64,000 nucleotides of DNA. It comes from Callorhinchus milii (lineage: Eukaryota). Numbering within the stretch: position 1 is the first letter of the stretch; each line of letters opens with the position of its first letter. Made by a program: the position numbers and the translations under genes. The stretch is taken from assembly GCF_018977255.1 (NCBI RefSeq), contig NW_024704743.1, positions 8,992,001 to 9,056,000 on the forward strand, written 5' to 3'. Below are positions 1-11,494 of this stretch, piece after piece. The notes under the pieces are model-generated. The model was not told the origin of the DNA. It saw nothing but the letters and a program-made list of their open reading frames with translations, and ran no database searches.

Positions 1-1233
1 TACGATGAATTGATGGCAGAGATCTTTTGTACGTAGAAGGATGTTGTAATCGTCTTCACATTGCATCAACCTGTGTGCATAAAAAGCCAAGCAGACACCT
101 TTTGTCAGGCTTTGACTGTCCAGTGCTGAGATTTGTTTGCCATAATATAATACTAATAATAATAATAATCCTTGCATTTGAATTAGTGCTTTTCATGTCT
201 TCTAGATGTCTAAAAGCACTTCACAGAATATACTGTAAAGTGAATTGACTGTATATTTGTGGGTGAAACACAGCAGCCACTGAGCTACAAGACTCCACAT
301 CTGGAAATGGTAGCCACCTTCATCATGTGGATATAAGATTGGGTTCTGGAGGGCATTGTATGCCCTGTTAGTCTCACATACTTGTTTGAATTTATTGATT
401 TGATGCTGCAACACAATGTCGCTTACCATGTACTTCACCCACAATCTGGATGGCTGCTTCGTCAGTAGTTGGTGCATTATACCTACCTTCGCTCATGATG
501 GCCAGCAGGTGTCTTGTCTGCATGGATGATTATTCTATATTCTTCTGCAGTCATTCTTTCCATTGCAGACACGGAGCTCGTGACGTATGTGAACTGTTGT
601 GAAGCATTTCTTGCAGATTTAGTATGACAGCTTTGTTCAACCCCAGAACATTGCTTCAACACTGCATGGCTTGTTCTTCTCAGTTCGTCATGAAGTAGAC
701 CTGTAAGAATTTTGGCGACTCATTAGGCAAATGTTTAAAGATCCTGATAAGTGATACACTTTGCCTTACACTTTATATATTGGCATATAGCCTGGCTCTT
801 TAATTTCTCTAGTTGCTCCAAAAGAGGTCACCTGGAAACATGAATTGTATTTCCTAATGTTTGCTAGAAAAGGCTAGAATCACTTGATGTGCCATCCAGC
901 AGACTTTTCAGGGATTCAGGTGGCTCTGTGAGCAACACATAGAAAGAACTTCTTTTGCCCATTTCTTGGCTCCACAATGGGCACAACCGTTTGACATACT
1001 CCAATATGATGGGCGCCGTCTGATTCGAAGTCTCTGCCTGGATCATTGTTGAGCGCAACTAAATGGAGTGACCTCTGCTGCTGGGCATCATTTTGCTGTG
1101 CTTTTGCATCTTTTTCAGCATTCAAGTCCAGCCATGCTGTTCTTTGTTCTTCAGTTTCATTTAATCGGCCTTCTTTCTTTTGTCTTGCATTTTTATTTGT
1201 CCTTCAAAAGCTTGATTTTCCCTTCTTAGGCAT
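1..1233 (-). pseudogene. Decayed Helitron RepHel ORF (N-terminal part), continuing beyond the left window edge
   Basis: Minus-strand translation across stops and frameshifts from the ATG at 1233 gives MPKKGKSS...ETEEQRTA; CAHCGAKKWAKEVLSMCCS (CxxC..CC); EPPESLKSLL; FLANIRKYNSCFQVTSFGAT; KFLQVYFM; RYNAPTTDEAAI; RAYNALQNPIL..EGGYHF; AFYAHRLM..NILLRTKDLCHQFIV. These blocks and their order match the region preceding the Rep nuclease core of animal Helitrons. Confidence 0.9.
143..297 (-). mobile_element. tRNA-derived SINE (family A), internally deleted, inserted in the Helitron ORF
   Basis: Minus strand reads GGAGTCTTGTAGCTCAGTGG, jumps to the family 3' half and ends in (ATT)n. Helitron coding sequence resumes on both sides. 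Confidence 0.85.
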
Positions 1234-1261
1234 CTTCCCTTAAGATTAAGAAAATGTGCTA

Positions 1262-1390
1262 TTGGGAGGACTCGTGTGGGAGGACTCCTGTTGGGAGGAC
1301 TGAGTGGGAAAACTCAGTGGAAGGACTCCTGTCGGTAGGACTTAGAGGGAGGACTCCTGGTTGGGAGGACTCCTGTTGGGAGGACTGTAG
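1262..1390. repeat. Imperfect tandem array of about 9 copies of a 13-16 bp unit (tgggaggactcctgt)
   Basis: Directly visible repeated gggaggact cores just upstream of the Helitron ATG. Confidence 0.9.
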
Positions 1391-2404
1391 CTCCCATGAC
1401 AATCTGAAAAAACTGACATACATTTGTTGCAGAATATATTATTATAGATATATCTCTTTAGAAGGGTGTGTACTTTCCTCTGTCTTGACTTTGTTGCAGA
1501 ATACCATGCATACCTCATATTTTGGGGCTTAATTAAACTGTTTTTTAAATATAGCTCATCAATGATAGAAGATCTCAGAAAAAAAGCCCATGCCACTTCT
1601 CCATGCAAGACCTTTCAGATGAGATATAAATCATGTCTCTACATCAATCGGTTATTGTGTTATTGGCAAAAACACAGACACAGACATACACACACAGACA
1701 CTTTGTCCTTATTAGTACAGATGATAATATAACTTTAATTATCATGTTGGTAGACACATGTAACAGTACATGTGATACGAGTTTATAGTGGAGCTCAGTT
1801 TAGGGATGTTTTCTATCTGGGACATTGCTTTAAGAAAATTGGCTGCTGTGTTTGCCTTCAAATTACAGCCATTGCACTGAATAATATAATCCTTGCATTT
1901 GATATAGCACCTTATCATGTTGTGGAGATGTCTCGAAGCGCTTCATAGGATATACTGTAAAGTGGTTTTGACTATGTGTTTTGTGGGTGAAACACGGCAG
2001 CCAGTTTGCATATAGCAATGTCCCACAAACAACAACAACAAATTGTGTAGCGCCTTTCACGTTGGGAGGACAATGAAGAATCAGTGTTTCGGATCTGAGC
2101 TGGGAGTCTGAAATTGGTCATTCAAATAACCATGAAGTGAATGACCAATTTTATTTGGGGGATATGTTGGCCAGGACACTGGGAGAAACTCCTTTGTCTT
2201 TAGGTAGTGTGACTGCATGTATTTTGTGGGCAAATACAGCTCCCAAATTTGAGCACAGCAATGTCCCACAAACAGCCATGGAGTGAGTGACCAATTTTAT
2301 TTGAGGAATTGTCACCCAGGGTACACTTTTGGTTCCGTTTCCAGACACCTAATGGATCAAGCTCAAATATGACAATTTTGTTTATCAGTTTATTCATAAC
2401 TTTC

Positions 2405-2740
2405 CATGTCAGGGATCCTGAGATTGATTGTTTGTTGATGTTGGGGCGTCTGTTACCAGGGGACACACATATAAGTTAGCGACAGGGATCTAAAACAGAA
2501 TATAGGTGGAACTTCACGCGGAGGGTGGTGAGATTGTGGGACTCGCTGCCTAAAGCAGTGGTTGAATCAAATGGTATAGATACATTCAAGAGGAAGCTAG
2601 ACCTTCACTTGAGAGAGAGGAATAGAAGGGTATGGCAGGGAGTAAGGAATGGGTGAAGACTCATGTGGAGTATAATCACCAGTACAGACTGGTTGGGCTG
2701 AGAAGCCTGTTTCCAGGCTGTGTATTCTTTCTACCGGGGG
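2405..2740 (+). mobile_element. CR1 LINE 3' end fragment
   Basis: accaggggacac..cttcacgcggagggtggtgagattgtgggactcgctgcc..ttcaagaggaagctagac encodes TRGH..FTRRVVRLWDSLP..FKRKLD, typical of the CR1 ORF2 C-terminus, followed by a CR1-like 3' UTR. Confidence 0.75.
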
Positions 2741-3439
2741 AAAGGATTGTGCTGAGTGAGGGAAAAAAAGAGCCTCATTTGGTGGATTGCACAAACTTAT
2801 TTCCATGTATTTCCCAGACGCATCACTTCTGCAAATCTCCACAGTAATGTGGAGTTGTTCTGTTAACTGATCTGTCTAAAGCTGGATCCATTTTCAGATT
2901 ACAATGATTCTATAATCCACATGGCCTTATCAGAAAGGCAAGGTTATTTCCAAACAGAATAAGGCTGAGCAGTGATCTGGGTCATATGTATTGATCAGGT
3001 TATAAATTTGAGATGCAATCTTGCCTGCGACACCTGTAATCCTCCCTGCTGAGTCTGTGTGTGAGGAGATGATGGTAACTGACAGAGATTTCCTGAGTAG
3101 CAGGATAACACCTTTGCTCTTGCACTTATAACAAGATCCTATTGGTGTGCCCTATCATACACATTTTTGTTTCCGAGCTGCTTCTAAAGAAAGGCTTTGT
3201 TCCTGTTGGAAAACAATATCACGGTTTTGCCTGTTAAATCTTGGAGGTTTTCACAGGCACGTTGATACCTCTGACATTTATCAGAGGAAGGATGTTCAGT
3301 GTGCATTCCCAAGGCATCAGTACTCTGAACACAGTGCAGCAGCACTGAATTAACATACTTCAGCGTTGAATGGAAAAACATGATTCTCTGCCGAGTGACT
3401 GTGCTCTGCATGGCTATCAATAATATTAACAACAGTTTT

Positions 3440-3855
3440 TTGTTGTGGGTTCAAGATCCACAATGGGACTTGGAATCACATAGACTACTAAGCTGACAAT
3501 CCAGTGCAGTGCTGGGAGTGTGTTCCATTGTTGGAGGCAGATGAGATGTTAAAGTGAGGTCCCCTCAGCCTGTATATTGAAGATTCTCTGTGCCAAGTGA
3601 CAGTGCTAATGTTAAAGATCTATTCAAAAAGAGAAGGGAGTTTCCCCCGTGTAGAGGCCCAACAATCCCCCAAATAAAATTGGTCCTTAACTTCATGGCT
3701 GTTTATGGAACATTGCTGTGTGCAAATTGGCTGCCGCCAATTTTACCTATAAATACACACAGTCACTAAACTTTACAGTAAATTCTTGTGAAGTGCTTTG
3801 AGATATTTTGACGATGCGATAAGACATTATTTCAAATGGAAGGATTATTATATAT
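3440..3855 (+). mobile_element. Deu-domain tRNA SINE (family B; SacSINE1/AmnSINE1-like)
   Basis: gggttcaag B-box-like head, gatgagatgttaaa..gagg and gttaaagatc Deu-like core, shared 3' tail with (ATT)n. Confidence 0.7.
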
Positions 3856-3964
3856 ATTATATAGAAGGTGGATGAAAACAGAAGTCATTCTTCGACACTT
3901 CCTCGTAAGATCAGTTATGAATTAACTGATTAAATGATCTCTCCCACCATCTTCATTTTGTTTC

Positions 3965-4741
3965 CACAAACGGCTTTTCCTCCGGCTCCCGCACTGTCTC
4001 ATGTGGTGTCCCTCAGGGCTCTGTCCTCGGTCCCCTCCTCTTCACCCTCTATATGCTCCCCCTTGGTGACATCATCCGCAGACATGGGGTTAACTTCCAC
4101 TTGTATGCGGATGACACCCAACTCTACCTTTCCTCCTCTACCCTCAACTCCATGACCACCGATGTCCTGACAGCCTTCCTGTCCAACATTGAGTCCTGGA
4201 CGAGAGACAACTTTCTTCAGCTCAACATGCGCAAAACTGAGGCCCTCCTGATTGGTTTGCGTCAGCGCCTCCGCACCTCAGGCACTGACACCATCAGCAT
4301 CCAAGGCTGCACTCTCTACCTCTCAAAGCCAGTCAGGAACCTCGGCGTTTTGTTCGACCCTGAGCTGTCCTTTCTTCCTCATATCCGCGCCACAACTGGC
4401 ACCGCCTTCCATCACCTCCGAAACATCGCCAGACTACGGCACTACCTCACCCCTCACGCTGCTGAAACTCTGGTCCACGCCTTTATCACCTCAAGGCTGG
4501 ACTATGGGAATTCTCTCCTCGCCGTCCTTCCCAGCACCTCCCTCCACAAGCTGCAGGTCATTCAGAACTCTGCAGCTTGTGTACTGTCCCGCACCAGGCT
4601 TCGGGACCACATCACCCCCACCCTCGCTCGCCTCCACTGGCTCCCCATCCCCCAGAGGATCGAATTCAATTGTCGAATTCAAGATCCTCATCCTCACCTA
4701 CAAGGCCATTCACGGCCTTGCTCCCTCCTACCTCTCCGACC
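3965..4741 (+). mobile_element. L2 LINE ORF2 reverse-transcriptase fragment
   Basis: [56 protein letters not shown] (ORF 4053..4862). Confidence 0.92.
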
Positions 4742-5090
4742 AATATTCAATGTTTATTTATTCATAGCTGTATGTGGGACATTGCTGTGTGCGATTGGGC
4801 TGCCACTTTTGCATACAGATTCAGCTATTCCACTTCACAGTAAATCCTGCGAAACATTTTGAGACATCCTCCCAACGTGAAAGGCGCTATACCAAATGTA
4901 AGGATTATTATATTATTATAACCTTTGTCCTATTTGATATTTTGTTCATTACTTCCAATCCTTTTCTCAACCCAAACTCACTCCCCTCTACTCTGCTGAG
5001 CTAGGAATCAATCTAGTTCCTCTTTGAGTTTTTTAGTTGAACCAGAAGTGAATGCACTAGTTTCACATCCAGAGTATCTCTCTAAGTGCT

Positions 5091-5742
5091 TCCCTCACGC
5101 TGCTGAAACACTGGTCGACGCCTTTATCACCTCAAGGCTGGACTATGGGAACTCTCTCCTCGCCGGCCTTCCCGGCACCTCCCTCCACAAGCTGCAGGTC
5201 ATTCAGAACTCTGCAGCTCGTGTACTGTCCCGCACCAGGCTTCGGGACCACATCACTCCCACCCTCGCTCGCCTCCACTGGCTCCCCATCCCCCAGAGGA
5301 TTGAATTCAAGATCCTCATCCTCACCTACAAGGCCATTCATGACCTTGCTCCCTCCTACCTCTCCGACCTACTATTCCCCTACTCACCTGCCCGTACCCT
5401 CCGTTCCTCTGGCTCCGGTCTGCTCCACATCCCCCGCCCCAACCGCCCTACCATCGGTGGCCGGGCCTTCAGCCTCTCAGCCCCTAGGCTCTGGAACTCC
5501 ATCCCCCAGTGCCTTCGCCTTGCTTCCTCCCTTTCCTCCTTCAAGGCTGGTCTCAAGACCTTTCTCTTTGACCGTGCCTTCAGCTCCCCTCTCGACTCTC
5601 TACCCCCTCCTCGCTCCCTCCCTTCCCTCCCCTCACCCTGACCATTTCCCCCCTGCTCGGGTCCCGACCCAATTGTCCAGCGCCTTGGGACGTCCTCTCG
5701 ACGTGAAAGTGTTCTATAAATTTAATCTTGTTGTTGTTGTTG
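5091..5742 (+). mobile_element. L2 LINE 3' end with (TTG)n tail
   Basis: [40 protein letters not shown], then gcgccttgggacgtcc..gtgaaag tail and ttgttgttg. Confidence 0.92.
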
Positions 5743-6165
5743 AAGCTTCAATTAAAATCTGGTGAAGAATTGGAAATTTCTTGAGGTGACAATTTATTGC
5801 TGACAGACAGGAATGTGGAAGGATGATGCTTTTTGTCATGTATTAAATATAAGACAATGAGGGGCTGGGGTGATCAGCTGGTCTCAAGCAAGACAGTTCT
5901 AGAGAGCTTGCAACTGGCCTCAATACGTTCAGTGGACCAGGAAAGGGAAAACAGACAAGAGTTTTCCCACTTCCGATTACAGTCCAGCAAACTCTGGTTT
6001 CCCCCCTCCCTAACCCTGGGAAACTGGGTCAAAATTAGGCTCCCATGTAGCCCCAGCTGAGACCAGCACTATGTGAATGCGGAGTTAGACTCCAGAGTAC
6101 ACCGTGGGTCATACTGTGGGGTCCCCACATTTCAGCATGTGAACCAGCAAGCTCCTGGACCCTAA

Positions 6166-6488
6166 TTAATAATAATAATAATAATCCTTGCATTTGATAT
6201 AGCGCTTTTCACGTTGGGAGGACGTCCCAAAGCGCTTCACAGAACACACTGTAAAGTGAATTGACTGTATATTTGTGGGCGAACGCAGCAGCCAATTGCG
6301 CACATCAATGTCCCACAAATAGTCGTAGATTGAAAATGACCAGTTTAATTATTGTTTTTGTTTTTTTGGAGGGATTATTATTAGGCGTGTGGAGTAAGAA
6401 AACTTGCCCAAGGTTTCGCCCTGCCTGGAATTGAACTCAGGTCTCTCACTTGCAAAGCGAGTGCTCTAACCACTGAGCTACAGGACTT
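6166..6488 (-). mobile_element. SINE family A (tRNA-Ala-like head)
   Basis: Minus strand AGTCCTGTAGCTCAGTGGTTAGAGC..TTTGCAAG..GAGTTCAATTCC (A and B boxes), CCTTGGGCAAGT, (ATT)n tail. Confidence 0.88.
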
Positions 6489-6496
6489 TGCAGCTC

Positions 6497-6975
6497 TATC
6501 CAACTACTTGGATCTGAACTGGCTCCAAATTGACACATTTGGCAACAGAAGGTTAGAATCAAGTCCCATTAGTCAGGTAGTCCCGCATATTCCAGGGTAC
6601 TGTTGATGACAGCCCAGCCAGCTTGGCTCATCAGCAGAATTTGGAGTAGCAGACTGACTGAAGGCAAGAGACAAGGATTATTTCCACCCAGCTCCTGTTA
6701 ACCCTACAAACCAAAGCCCTAACAAATCAGGTGGTCCCCGCTGGAGAAGCAGCATAACCCATTGCACACTCTGGAATTTCCAAGCCTTGGATCATGCCAA
6801 CCTGTGCCTAATACTCTCTGGAATTAGGTAAGAAGCGTGGGCCTCTCCGATGAGAGAGTGTGCATTCCATTCCAGACATGGAAAGTTCCATGTGTAGGTG
6901 TCACACATGGAACCCTCAGTCTGATTAGGAAACTCTTAAGCACAGTGATGGATTTCCACATGCCCAACCAAAAAA
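6497..6975 (+). mobile_element. Unclassified dispersed repeat (family T), left part with putative TIR
   Basis: Colinear similarity to 23845-24405 (+), 7950-8300 (+), 48780-49132 (-) and 56800-57100 (-). Confidence 0.7.
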
Positions 6976-8626
6976 ATACCACCACCATTGGCTGACAGCC
7001 TCATTATTCTTAATTATTTAATATAATTGGTAATATTAGGAAACTTTCTGAATATTTTCTCTAACTCTATAGCATTGCACAGATCAACAAAATAAGTTCT
7101 GCAGATAGATCCCTATTCTCAATTGGAAGAGTGAAGGGGGAAGGTTAGAAGGTTGATATCTCACTCACTAGGTTGCGCACAATACACAATACGTTTCGAT
7201 AAGTGGCTATTTAAACTATGTTCATAAGAAGCTTTTAAATGGAATTGGATCTGTTTTTGAAGAATTCTGATATAGAAGGGAACATGGAAAGTTCTGTAAA
7301 GAGATGGAAAGCTCCAGTGGAGGAGCGAGCACCAGCATAATAATAATAAGAATCTTACACATTTGATACAGTGCCTTCAAATCAGGAGGATGTCTTGTCT
7401 CAAAGCGCTTCACAGGATATACTGTAAATTGTAGTGACTGTGTATTGTGTAGGCAAACACGACAGCCAATTTTGTGCAATGTCCCACAAATAGCCGCAAA
7501 GCGAATAATCAATTTTATTTGGTTCAGTGCAAAACTCCTCTTTCTATGCTGTAATATCCACCATTCTGCATGATTAAATCAATACTAGTTTGAAATATGC
7601 AAAGACAAATCAATGCTGAAAGAATTCATCCTTCATATAAAAAGCTAGGCTGTGCTTACATTCAGTTGAAGTACAAGTATATACAACTAGTTTAGCATTA
7701 TTCATCAAACAACATCTCTCCTCAGGAAAGAGCAGTGGCCATTTCCAAGTGTCAATATTTTTTGAGGCAACTCAGAAGGATTCCGGACTTGTTGGAAAAG
7801 TGTTTACAATTTGCAAATGCCAAGTTATATTGTCCGTTATAAATTTATTTCTGTTTCTGCCAATAAACAAAAAGTGTCAACTGAGGCAATTATAAGTCAT
7901 CGTATTGGACCAAGTGAATTAACAATCTTGTTTTGTCTAACACTGATACTATCCAGAATGAGGTAAGCAGGATGTGTCCCTCAAGGGAAAGAATGTGCTT
8001 TCTATTCCAGACATAGGGAAATTTCCATGGGCATACATATCAGAACCATATAAATTTACAGCACAGAAGAAGACCACTTTGCCCATCTGTGCTGGCTTTT
8101 TTTAAAGATCAATCCTTTCAGTCCTATTTACCTGCCCTTTTCCTGTACCTTACTCCCTGGAGCTCTCAGTTTGGTTTGGGTACTCTTAAGCATAATGACG
8201 GGTTTCTGCATGTGTCAGAAACCCATCTGATCAAAAAAAAAGTCTATTTTGGGCTGGTTTGAAAAGCCAATGCCACATATGCTGTAATTCACTTTCGGGC
8301 CAGGGTCAAAACGGGATTAGAGTCCAGGAGGATCATGTAGTGACAACAAAATAGATGATACAAGGTTTTTTTTTTGAGGATTGGAACTACGTGAGGCAGA
8401 TGTGGAGGAATGGCTAAATTCCTACTGGAGAAGCAGAACCAAACCACACATGAACATCCTCAAACCTCCCAGGGATTAGAGTCCTCAGACACCAGGACAG
8501 CAGACACAGCTGTCTAAATACAATGCTTAATACTGTAAAGGTAAAAATCACGAAAGACTTTAGTGGATCAGGCAACACTGGGATTAAAATTCCAGGCATT
8601 GCATGCTCATCAACTCCCATTCCCTC

Positions 8627-8865
8627 CTCAATTTGTACAATGCCAGTATTCTTATAACCAGCATCATTACAGACAGCAAGTCAAAAAATAAACTAAAAAA
8701 ATCTTCTAGACTTCTCTCTATGTATCGGAGCCTGTGTCTGTCCATGTCAGTCACTGAGAGGAATGGATAAAGAGAGGCAAATTTTTTAAAAATTATTTTT
8801 TCAATTTACCGCTGTCTGTAATGATGCCAGCAACAAAGATACCAGCGTATACATTGGTGTTGAGG
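8627..8865. repeat. Palindromic MITE-like element
   Basis: Perfect 17-bp inverted repeat gcatcattacagacagc (8661-8677) / gctgtctgtaatgatgc (8811-8827), with degenerate pairing inside and outside it. Confidence 0.7.
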
Positions 8866-9275
8866 TCTCGCCTCCCTTCCCGACAACCCCCTGACACCCC
8901 GCAGATCTGCCCCTGCTCTTGAGATGTTATCCTACATAAACAATGCTAACTAAGTCAAATTGTCATTGTTCAGCAAATTACTGCCGACTCCTGGGAACCC
9001 CACAATTTCCTAAGATTGATTGATTGAGAGTTGACTGTGATTCCAACTGATCAATAGCAGCATATACATTCATGTCCTCTTGTTTGGACAAAGCTAAAGA
9101 TGTGTGGGATAACAGAGAGAAGACCCCTCCATGGTGATTACGCCAATGAGGAAAAATGAGTATCAAGGCTCCAGTCTTGGATTTTAATGCTACTAATTTA
9201 ACAAGCATGCCTTTGGATGCCTTTCACTTGAGATGTTAAATTTAAAGTTTGCCTACAAAATACACACTTTACGTC

Positions 9276-9640
9276 GAGTCCTATAGCGTATTGGTTAGAG
9301 CACTCAATCTTATTGGTTAGAGAGACCCTGATTCCCGGCAGAGCGAAATGTTGGGCAAGTTTCCTTACTCCAAACGTGTCTTTTTACCTAGCAGTAAGTA
9401 GGAAACCGATTGTTAGTCAATTGGTGGATCGCTTTTCCGGGGGTTAATAATTCCTTCAAAAAANTAGTCACTCAATCCACGACTGTTTGTAGGACACTGC
9501 CGTGTGCAATTGGCTGCCATGTTTCGACCACAAAATATACAGTCAATTCACTTTACAGTATATTCTGCGAAGAGCTTTGCAACATCTCGTTGACGTGATA
9601 AGGCACTATATCAAATGCAAGGATTATTATTATTATTACT
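9276..9640 (+). mobile_element. SINE family A, near full length
   Basis: gagtcctatagc..ggttagagcactc head, ttgggcaagtttccttactcc core, shared tail with (ATT)n. Confidence 0.88.
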
Positions 9641-9774
9641 ATATCCTGTGGAGCGATTGATGAAGTCCTGCTGACTTGAAAGGCACTTCATCAAATGTAA
9701 GGATTATTATTATTACTTATTAACATATATTTTAAAATCCATGCTTTGCTTAGTGCTCAGTGGCACACTAGAAC

Positions 9775-10075
9775 AATAATAACCATACATTGCATTTATG
9801 TAGCACCTTTCATGTCAGGAGGACATCCCAAAGGGCTGGACAGTCGAGGGTTGCACCCAAGCTGCGGGGTTAATTTGAGAGGGGTGGTGGTGAGGGGGGG
9901 AGAAGATGACCGAAGGCGTGGTTGAAGAGGAAGGTCTTAAGAATTACCTCTGAGGAGGGGAGGGAAGGGGCAAAGTGAAGGGACTCTGGGCTGGAATTCC
10001 AGAGAATGGGGTGAAAGCCTGACCACCGATGGTTGGGCAGGCAGGGTGGGGAGGTGCATCAGGCCAGTGCTGAAG
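9775..10075 (-). mobile_element. L2 LINE 3' fragment
   Basis: Reverse complement of the L2 tail and LWNS region seen in other copies. Confidence 0.75.
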
Positions 10076-11494
10076 CATGTGTAATGGGCCCAACTTTACA
10101 ATGGAGATGACCAAGTCTGTTAGCAGTTTGCTAGACTTTCATTCCAATGTGCACATTGGACAGACTCTTGTTTAGCAGGGAACACACTCGGTTTAGTGAC
10201 AATTAGTGATGGAAACTCTATGTCCCAATGTCCCAACATTCTCCCGGTACCTCATTGTTGCTTTCATTCTGGAGCTATCAGATTTCAAATATACATGTAC
10301 ATTCTCTTTTAAAATATCCCAACCCATAAAAATTCAATCCCTCTACATAAAAATCCCATGACAGCATATAAAAAAGCGATAATTGGGGGTTGAAAACGTG
10401 CCAGGTTGCAGTTGGATTCATTAACAGTGACCAGATTTGCTACCGCGGAATATTGTTGGTTGCCTGCAGTTCGTCATATCTGACTAGTCGGAATCTCACG
10501 TCGAAGCACTCTTAGGAAATTGTTGGGTTCCCAGGAGCCTGCAGTGATTTACTGAAGGTTTTGGTCAAAATTCCCCCATTTCCAACCCTCAGTTAATCCT
10601 GTCAATCTCCCTGGCTCTTTATAAGGAACTGTTGGAAAGAGTTTTTAATGCAGCCAACTACAGTACAGAGGAAATATGTCCCATCTGGAATGAGAATATC
10701 CAATGCTTTCAGGGTGCAGTGTTGCCAATTTTAATGTCCCATCCTCATTTATCTGGAGAAATATATTTTTCAGCTCTGACTGCAAGAATCTGAATTGTGT
10801 TTGTTGTATAATTTGCAATCATTATTGGTAATTGAAAACTGGAAATTATTAGCAAATTGAAAAGTATATGTTAAAGGATCTACCTCATTGAAAAATATCA
10901 AACGGCATCCTGGAAATATTTAGAACCAATGAAAAAGTATAATATAAGAACTCAAACAATTCCAAATGCTGCAAAACGCTTTCCACATTTGAACATCCCA
11001 ACGCTTCACACCAGACACAAAATTCTCTTCAACTCATCACAATGCAATGTTTTGCAATAAACCCATTGATTAATTAATTGGGCAGTGCGAAACCTTGGAC
11101 AAGTTTCCTTCCTCCACACGATTCTGTTTACCTAGTGGTAAGTAGCAACCCGGTTGTTAGTTGATTGGCGGATCACTTTCCAGGGGCAATACTCCCTTCA
11201 AAAAATAAATAAATAATAATAATTTGGTCACTCAATCCACGACTGTTTGTGATACACTGGTGCACACAATTAGCTGCCATGTTTCGTTCACAAATGATGC
11301 AGGCAGTTCACTTAACAATATATTCTGTGGAGCCCCGTGTCTTAATGGTTAGAGTATTTGCCTTGCAAGCAAGAGGACAGGGGTTCAATTTCTGAGCAGG
11401 ACAAAACGTTGGGCAAGCTTCCTTACTCTACATGTCTCATATATCGTCGAGACGTCTCAAAGCTCTTCTTCACAGAATTTTACTGTAAAGTGTA

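Larger units (their letters stand above)
1..1721 (-). mobile_element. Helitron rolling-circle transposon remnant, 5' portion
   Basis: RepHel pseudogene plus an upstream tandem array. Candidate 5' terminus A|TCTGTACTAATAAGG followed by a (GT/GTCT)n tract at 1721, with a second candidate A|TCTATAATAATA at 1448. Confidence 0.65.

Noticed and set aside
1262..1390. CRISPR-like repeat array
   Set aside because: Units are contiguous, 13-16 bp long, with no unique spacers. The context is eukaryotic with no cas genes.
4252..5765. Pro/Ser-rich ORFs, and Gly/Glu-rich antisense ORFs over L2 copies
   Set aside because: They are alternative frames of C-rich L2 sequence and recur at every L2 copy.
6420..6488. 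tRNA-Ala gene (likewise 54449-54520 and other heads)
   Set aside because: Each tRNA-like sequence is degenerate and continues into a SINE body and tail.
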